Origin: an uncultured Pseudomonadales bacterium | GTDB lineage: Bacteria; Pseudomonadota; Gammaproteobacteria; Pseudomonadales; Balneatricaceae | Length of the DNA: 64,000 bases | Assembly (NCBI GenBank): GCA_943787595.1 | Contig: CALSNA010000002.1 | Coordinates: 310,467-374,466 of the forward strand | Direction of reading: 5' to 3' | In this document: positions 58,317 to 64,000 of the stretch, in pieces | Layout: each line of letters begins with the position of its first letter | How positions within the stretch are numbered: the stretch's first letter is position 1 | Position numbers and translations under genes: made by a program | Notes under the pieces: model-generated | Databases searched by the model: none | Seen by the model: only the letters and a program-made list of their open reading frames with translations | Told to the model about the DNA's origin: nothing

Positions 58317-59702
58317 ATGACTGATAATCGTAATCTATTAGTGATAGGAGGCGGCATCTCGGGATTAGCAAGTGCTTTTTTCCTGCAACAAAAAGGTTTT
58401 AAAGTAACTTTGCTGGAAGCTGCAGCCAGGGTAGGTGGTAATATCCAGAGCTTAGAACATAACGGCTTCCTGATGGAGCGAGGGCCCAACTCATGGATCC
58501 ATAACCGCCACGGTATGGCACAGCTGCTGGATGATCTTGATCTGCATGATGAATGTGTGATGGCTAATTCAGTAGCAAAGCGTCGCTATATAGCTCAAAA
58601 TGGGCAGTTGGTAGCATTACCTGATTCTATTGGCGGTATTCTGACTACACCAATGTTGAACCTAAGAGGCAAACTAAGGCTGCTAGCAGAGCCTTGCTTT
58701 GGCCGCGCTACCCATGAAGAAAGCATTGCTGAATTCATCACCCGTCGTTTGGGCTCACAATGCCTAGACTGGTTGGTGGATCCATTTGTTAGCGGCATTT
58801 ATGCCGGGGATCCCAAACAATTGTCAGTACAGGCGGCAATGCCTAAACTGTATGCCCTCGAAACCAAGTATGGTTCTCTGATGCGCGGTGGTGTTGTACA
58901 GTTGCAGCAAACTCGACGACAATCCAGAGACCCAGCTCTGACAGGGGCCATGTTAAGCTTTCGGCGAGGCTTGCGACAACTGACAGAATCCCTGGAACAA
59001 CAGCTTGGCAAGGTAATACACACCAATGTTGAAGTTGATAGGATCAATTATGGAGGTAAGCTCAGTTGGCAAGTATACAGTGGCGATCATTTATGGCAGA
59101 CATCACATCTAGTGCTTGCCGTACCGGCTAACCAGGTGGCCCGCTTGATTAGTGAAATTGATGATAATCAAAATGGCACCATAAAACAGGCACAAGCGTA
59201 CTTACGCGCAGTGGAGTATCCGGCTGTAGCCAGCATTAACATGGCTTTTAAACGTCATCAGATCAGTCACCCACTAGACGGCTTCGGGGCGTTAATTCCC
59301 TATCGTGAGCAACGTCGAACCCTGGGAGTCCTGTTTCCTTCCAGTGTATTTACGGGCCGTTGCCCAAAAGATACATGCCTGTTGACAGCTTTTATAGGTG
59401 GCGCCCGCAATAATGAAGTCATGACCTGGAGTCCCGCCCGAAGACAGCAACAAGTGCACAATGATTTGAGTGACCTACTAGGCATAATAGGCTCACCCTT
59501 GTGGGTAGAAGAAAGTTTTTGGCCACAAGCCATTCCTCAATACACTCTGGGGCATCTACAAAGAGTGGAGCAAATCGAAGCAAGCTTGGCAAACTTTTCA
59601 GGTTTATATCTGCGCAGCAACTGGCACGACGGTGTGGCTTTGGGTGATTGCATTGACAACGCTTGGCAATTAGCACAACAGGCGGCCCGCGAATATGACT
59701 AA
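58317..59702 (+). CDS. hemY: FAD-dependent protoporphyrinogen/coproporphyrinogen oxidase (HemY family)
   Basis: The dinucleotide fold LLVIGGGISGLASAFFLQQKGFKVTLLEAAARVGGN and amine-oxidase-type length suggest this family. The function is inferred from family resemblance only. Confidence 0.7.
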   Translation: MTDNRNLLVIGGGISGLASAFFLQQKGFKVTLLEAAARVGGNIQSLEHNGFLMERGPNSWIHNRHGMAQLLDDLDLHDECVMANSVAKRRYIAQNGQLVALPDSIGGILTTPMLNLRGKLRLLAEPCFGRATHEESIAEFITRRLGSQCLDWLVDPFVSGIYAGDPKQLSVQAAMPKLYALETKYGSLMRGGVVQLQQTRRQSRDPALTGAMLSFRRGLRQLTESLEQQLGKVIHTNVEVDRINYGGKLSWQVYSGDHLWQTSHLVLAVPANQVARLISEIDDNQNGTIKQAQAYLRAVEYPAVASINMAFKRHQISHPLDGFGALIPYREQRRTLGVLFPSSVFTGRCPKDTCLLTAFIGGARNNEVMTWSPARRQQQVHNDLSDLLGIIGSPLWVEESFWPQAIPQYTLGHLQRVEQIEASLANFSGLYLRSNWHDGVALGDCIDNAWQLAQQAAREYD

Positions 59703-59794
59703 ACTATCAACATCACAGTGCTCGCACTCAACGGTTTCACTAGTATGAACCAGATCGTTACATTACAACCTTATTCAAGATTACAGAATAATAA

Positions 59795-60322
59795 TTGGCA
59801 GTACTGACCGATAACATGATTGAAAATATCCAGACAAAAGCGACCATAACTTACAAGAGCGCCCAAAAAAAGCAGCGTTATTGTCCAGACCCAGGCCAAC
59901 AGCTAGCCATGGCTGCCGCCAATTATCACCGTTTGCAAAGCCTGCTGGGAGATATTGGTAGTCTGGAACAAAGCGCATATCAACTCGGTGGGGAATCAAG
60001 CACTAAAACTGAGTTGAGGATCACCGTAATTCAACGTTTCACCTACACCACCACCTTAGAGCTAAGACAGCCAGAGGTTTTGGGCGGTATCCAAAAACTG
60101 GCTCTGGCGGTGCGTTTATATCACGACATGCAACTGGCAGAAGTAGTTCAATCAACCGGATTTGGTCAACATCAAGGACGCTATACATTGCCCGAGCCAC
60201 ATGGCTATAGCGTAGATGAAAAAACCCAGCTAAACCGGTTATTAGCCGAATGGCTACAACAATGCCTAAGGCATGGCGTGCCGATATCAGATCCACAAGC
60301 TATTACTCCAGAGTCCTACTAA
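59795..60322 (+). CDS. yqiB: DUF1249-family protein (YqiB-like)
   Basis: 175 aa containing NYHRLQSLLG. It sits immediately upstream of cpdA (TAATG overlap), as yqiB does in E. coli. Confidence 0.7.
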   Translation: MAVLTDNMIENIQTKATITYKSAQKKQRYCPDPGQQLAMAAANYHRLQSLLGDIGSLEQSAYQLGGESSTKTELRITVIQRFTYTTTLELRQPEVLGGIQKLALAVRLYHDMQLAEVVQSTGFGQHQGRYTLPEPHGYSVDEKTQLNRLLAEWLQQCLRHGVPISDPQAITPESY

Positions 60323-61101
60323 TGCATCGTATCGTGCAACTAACTGATCTGCATTTACAGTCTGATCCGGCGATCAGTTACAAAGGCATTGATGCTGACG
60401 CCCACTTACAGCAGTGTCTGAACTGGATAATGAATCTAAAAGAACGACCAGATCTATTGCTGCTAACCGGCGATCTCTGTCACCAAGGTAGTCATAGTGC
60501 CTATAAACGACTTCACCAGATGCTGCAACGCACAGGTATTGCAAATATATGGCTGGCCGGGAATCATGATGATAAAGTAACAATGGCATCGGTCTATGGC
60601 AAACCAATTGATGAACTGCAGCAGCAGTCTCTGGGAAACTGGCAATTACTGCTGCTGGATAGTAATCATCAGCCCGATGGCTGTGGTGGTGGCAGTTTAT
60701 CTGTAGTTCATCTACAACAACTGGAGTACCTACTGCAACAGCTGAAAAATCAGCCCACATTAGTTGCGTTACACCATAACCCAGTGCCAATACGCGAGCA
60801 CTGGAAAGATACGCTTATGTTGGCTAATGGTGCTGATATGGTGCGGTTACTACAACAGCATCCACAGGTGCAAGCAGTACTCTGTGGCCATGTTCATCAG
60901 GTGCTGGATCGTGTGGTGCGTGGACGACGATTTTTATCAGCACCCGCCACCTCAGTACAGTTTGCAAATCCATGGGAAGAAGTTACCTTGCAACCTGAAT
61001 TAGGACCTGGATTACGGCTGTTGGAATTAACTTCGAGGGGCCAATTATATACGCGAATTCAGTATCTGCCGAAACTGAACAAGCAGTTGCATGCCTTTTA
61101 G
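60322..61101 (+). CDS. cpdA: 3',5'-cyclic-nucleotide phosphodiesterase CpdA (metallophosphoesterase)
   Basis: IVQLTDLHL, LTGDLCHQG, GNHDD, HHNP and CGHVHQ are calcineurin-like metal-binding motifs. Start placed at ATG 60322. Confidence 0.88.
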   Translation: MHRIVQLTDLHLQSDPAISYKGIDADAHLQQCLNWIMNLKERPDLLLLTGDLCHQGSHSAYKRLHQMLQRTGIANIWLAGNHDDKVTMASVYGKPIDELQQQSLGNWQLLLLDSNHQPDGCGGGSLSVVHLQQLEYLLQQLKNQPTLVALHHNPVPIREHWKDTLMLANGADMVRLLQQHPQVQAVLCGHVHQVLDRVVRGRRFLSAPATSVQFANPWEEVTLQPELGPGLRLLELTSRGQLYTRIQYLPKLNKQLHAF

Positions 61102-61159
61102 CACGCTTACCAATGCTATTTAATCCAGATAAATGTCGACCCTCTGATACAGAAACTCC

Positions 61160-63064
61160 ATGACAATTGATAACTATACCGCCGATTCCATTGAAGTATT
61201 AAGTGGTTTAGATCCAGTACGCAAGCGACCGGGCATGTATACAGATACCAGCCTGCCCAACCATCTAGCTCAAGAAGTGATCGACAACGCGGTTGATGAG
61301 GCACTAGCTGGCTATGCAAACCGCATTGATGTAGTGCTGCATGATGACCAATCCCTGTCAGTTACTGATAATGGTCGTGGCATGCCGATTGATCTGCATG
61401 CCAAAGAAGGCGTTAGTGGTGTTGAATTGATCTTAACCCGACTGCATGCTGGAGGTAAGTTTTCCAACCGGAGCTACCAATTTTCAGGTGGCTTGCACGG
61501 TGTAGGCATATCCGTAGTCAATGCTCTATCAAAGAGGCTGGAGGTCACCATTCGCCGTAATGGGCAAGTCTACCATATTGATTTTGTCAATGGAGACAAG
61601 CAGCAGAATCTGACCGTCGTGAACTCAGTTAGCAAGCGCAATACAGGTACATGTGTACACTTTACCCCTGATCCCCAATATTTTGATTCTGCCCACTTTT
61701 CCCTAGAGCGCCTACGGCACGTGCTGCAAGCCAAAGCAGTTCTGTGCGGTGGTTTAACAGTGACTTTTAATGACCTGACTGGCAGTGCTAAAGAACCACA
61801 AATCTGGCACTACGAAACTGGTCTGCAAGACTACCTGCAAGCAGCTACTGAAAGCTGGCCATGTGTGCCAACCATTCCATTTACTGGCAGCCATCAAAGT
61901 AAAACAGAAGCAGTTGATTGGGCCGTGCAATGGCTGCCTGACGGGGGTGATTTGATTCAGGAGGGCTATGTGAATCTGATTCCAACAATCCAAGGTGGTA
62001 CCCATGTTAACGGACTGAGGACTGGACTACTGGAAGCCCTGCGCGAGTTTTGTGAAATCCGTCAACTGCTGCCTCGTGGTGTTAAGCTAGCTTCAGAGGA
62101 TATTTGGGACAAATGCTGTTTCGTACTGTCCATAAAAATGCAGGATCCGCAATTTTCTGGCCAAACCAAGGAGCGATTGAACTCACGCCAAACGGCACCC
62201 TATGTGACCGGGCAAGTTAGAGACACATTCAGCCTATGGCTTAATAAACATACTGCTAGTGGTGAAAAGTTGGCAGAACTGGCGATTCATCACGCCCAGC
62301 AACGCCTGCGCACCCGCAAAAAAATTACCCGCAAAAAAATTACTCAAGGACCAGCATTGCCAGGAAAACTGGCTGACTGTACCAGTGTGGATGCGATACG
62401 GGGTGAACTGTTCCTGGTGGAAGGAGATTCGGCGGGTGGATCAGCCAAGCAAGCCCGTGATCGTGATCACCAGGCGATCATGCCCCTACGTGGCAAGATT
62501 CTCAACACCTGGGAGGTAGAGTCCAGCCAAATCCTAGCATCTCAGGAAGTGCACGATATTTCAGTAGCTATTGGCGTTGACCCAGGTTCAGATGATCTGG
62601 CAGGCCTGCGCTATGGTAAAATCTGTATCCTAGCCGATGCCGATTCCGATGGATTACATATCGCCACGTTGCTGTGTGCCTTGTTCGTGCGTCACTTCCA
62701 ACCACTGGTAGCCGCTGGACACATCTATGTGGCTATGCCACCACTATACCGGATTGATGTGGGTAAAGACGTATTTTATGCCCTTGACGACAACGAAAAG
62801 CAAGGCAGGCTAAACCATATTGCTTCGCAAAAAAAATCTGGCAAGGTTAATGTACAGCGTTTCAAGGGGCTAGGTGAAATGAATCCAGCCCAACTGCGGG
62901 AAACCACCATGCTGGCTGATACACGGCGCCTGGTACAATTAACCATGGCAACCAATGATGGAACCTTTACGCTAATGGATATGATGCTGGCTAAAAAGCG
63001 CGCTGCAGACCGTAAGGCTTGGCTACAAGAGAAAGGCAACCTGGCGGAACTGGCCTCAATATAA
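61160..63064 (+). CDS. parE: DNA topoisomerase IV subunit B
   Basis: LSGLDPVRKRPGMY, GGLHGVGISVVNALS, PGKLADC, EGDSAGGSAKQARDR, DADSDGLHI. About 630 aa with no GyrB-specific insertion. The cpdA neighbourhood matches E. coli parE. Confidence 0.92.
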   Translation: MTIDNYTADSIEVLSGLDPVRKRPGMYTDTSLPNHLAQEVIDNAVDEALAGYANRIDVVLHDDQSLSVTDNGRGMPIDLHAKEGVSGVELILTRLHAGGKFSNRSYQFSGGLHGVGISVVNALSKRLEVTIRRNGQVYHIDFVNGDKQQNLTVVNSVSKRNTGTCVHFTPDPQYFDSAHFSLERLRHVLQAKAVLCGGLTVTFNDLTGSAKEPQIWHYETGLQDYLQAATESWPCVPTIPFTGSHQSKTEAVDWAVQWLPDGGDLIQEGYVNLIPTIQGGTHVNGLRTGLLEALREFCEIRQLLPRGVKLASEDIWDKCCFVLSIKMQDPQFSGQTKERLNSRQTAPYVTGQVRDTFSLWLNKHTASGEKLAELAIHHAQQRLRTRKKITRKKITQGPALPGKLADCTSVDAIRGELFLVEGDSAGGSAKQARDRDHQAIMPLRGKILNTWEVESSQILASQEVHDISVAIGVDPGSDDLAGLRYGKICILADADSDGLHIATLLCALFVRHFQPLVAAGHIYVAMPPLYRIDVGKDVFYALDDNEKQGRLNHIASQKKSGKVNVQRFKGLGEMNPAQLRETTMLADTRRLVQLTMATNDGTFTLMDMMLAKKRAADRKAWLQEKGNLAELASI

Positions 63065-63313
63065 ACAAAAAATTTATAAGCACCAGCCTTCCAGCACTGT
63101 TTTCCAATGGCAAACAGCCGGATACTCATTGATACCATAGTAATGGACTGCTAATAATACAAGTCGCTGGGTGAAATATAAAATATGCGGAATCCACTTT
63201 GCAGTTTATATTGATAAATATCGCTTTTGGGAACTATATCAGCGACACAGCAGACAACTGCCACGTGGTAATTGAAGACGCCAGCTAGCTTGGCCAGATG
63301 GATTCCAGACAGT

Positions 63314-64000
63314 TCAGCCAGAGCGTTTTACCCCCAGCCACTCGTATCCATTTCTAGGCTGGTGCGGCACCCAGAAGGATAACAGCAAAGATATCATGGC
63401 CATAATCATGCCGCATAAGAATACCGAAGAAGGTGAGATAACCCACAATATACCCAGCATGGCTGGCAACAATACGGCTGCAATATGATTAATAGTAAAA
63501 GCGACCCCTGCCGTAGATGCCATATCGGCAGGATCGGCAATTTTCTGAAAATAAGTTTTTTGAGCAATAGCCATAGCAAACAATAAGTGATCTACCACGA
63601 ACAACAGCACTGCCATCCAAACATGTTGTACAAAGGCATAAGTGGCAAATACCAAGATCAGTCCAATATATTCAACCATCAATGCCCGACGTTCACCCCA
63701 GAGACTAACCAGACGGCCAATTGAGGGTGCCAACATCATATTTAACAAGCTGTTGGCTAGAAACAACAGCGCCATAGCATCGGCCGCAAAACCAAAGCGC
63801 TCTACCATCAGTAATCCGGCAAACACCACAAAAATTTGTCGCCGTGCTCCACCCATAAATACCAGAGCGTAGTAAAGCCAGTAACGACGCCGCAAAATCA
63901 ATCGTTTATGCTGCTTAACCCGCACTTGGTAAACTGGAAAAATCAGTGCAATCGACACAGCTAAAATAGCAGTTATACCACCACTGATTAGGTATACCAT
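63314..64000 (-). CDS. Major-facilitator-type transporter, C-terminal part (gene continues beyond the right edge)
   Basis: About six hydrophobic helices with a basic inter-helix loop (RRRYWLY, GGARRQIF). The ATG at 64000 is probably internal. The family call is tentative. Confidence 0.5.
   Translation of the reverse strand: MVYLISGGITAILAVSIALIFPVYQVRVKQHKRLILRRRYWLYYALVFMGGARRQIFVVFAGLLMVERFGFAADAMALLFLANSLLNMMLAPSIGRLVSLWGERRALMVEYIGLILVFATYAFVQHVWMAVLLFVVDHLLFAMAIAQKTYFQKIADPADMASTAGVAFTINHIAAVLLPAMLGILWVISPSSVFLCGMIMAMISLLLSFWVPHQPRNGYEWLGVKRSG

Noticed and set aside
62313-62342. 15-nt tandem duplication CCCGCAAAAAAATTA x2 inside parE (protein RKKITRKKITQ)
   Set aside because: E. coli ParE has a comparable KKVVRKKLTS stretch before GPALPGKLADC, so this is a conserved basic linker and not a recent duplication artefact.

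Overview
This is a 64-kb stretch of a gammaproteobacterial chromosome, with roughly mid-40s % GC in the core genes (judged by eye, not computed). The housekeeping genes follow a Pseudomonas-like order. From the left: a degS-like protease, a BCCT transporter, yggS-proC, a cobalamin riboswitch with btuB, cytochrome b561-yceI, a cryptochrome-DASH cluster and azurin. From 36.5 kb: lnt-corC-ybeY-phoH-miaB, tRNA-Gln and tRNA-Met, ychF-pth-ctc-prs-lolB-TPR, the divergent hemA-prfA-prmC-moeB, thiBPQ, a HemY-type oxidase and yqiB-cpdA-parE. The middle (about 13.3-36.4 kb) is accessory DNA. (i) A visibly AT-rich tract (about 13.3-21.5 kb) holds decayed genes: an IS3 remnant, a multiply frameshifted voltage-gated channel gene and a kinase fragment. 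It also holds orphan genes: a pterin dehydratase, a GT10-like glycosyltransferase and a DmdA/GcvT-like aminomethyltransferase. (ii) A truncated integrase and a partial tRNA-Leu 3' end (21.8-22.5 kb) mark an older island. (iii) An intact island of about 13.8 kb (22,522-36,342) is integrated at tRNA-Leu(CAG) and looks like a PICI/P4-like phage satellite. It has an integrase, AlpA, a primase zinc-ribbon protein, a DUF3987-like P-loop protein, iterons and a P22 gp3-like small terminase. Its cargo is a Gabija (gajA-gajB) defence pair, an IS3-family insertion with a 4-bp target duplication, and the most interesting item in the window. That item is a self-contained five-gene, envelope-directed module at 26.6-29.5 kb that matches no system I know. 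It comprises a YqiA-like hydrolase, a small outer-membrane barrel, a Sec-exported 115-aa basic protein with an internal double-glycine-leader-like motif, a 100-aa orphan, and a free-standing, signal-peptide-bearing C39 cysteine protease with no ABC exporter. All calls rest on reading the translations and the DNA; no searches were run.
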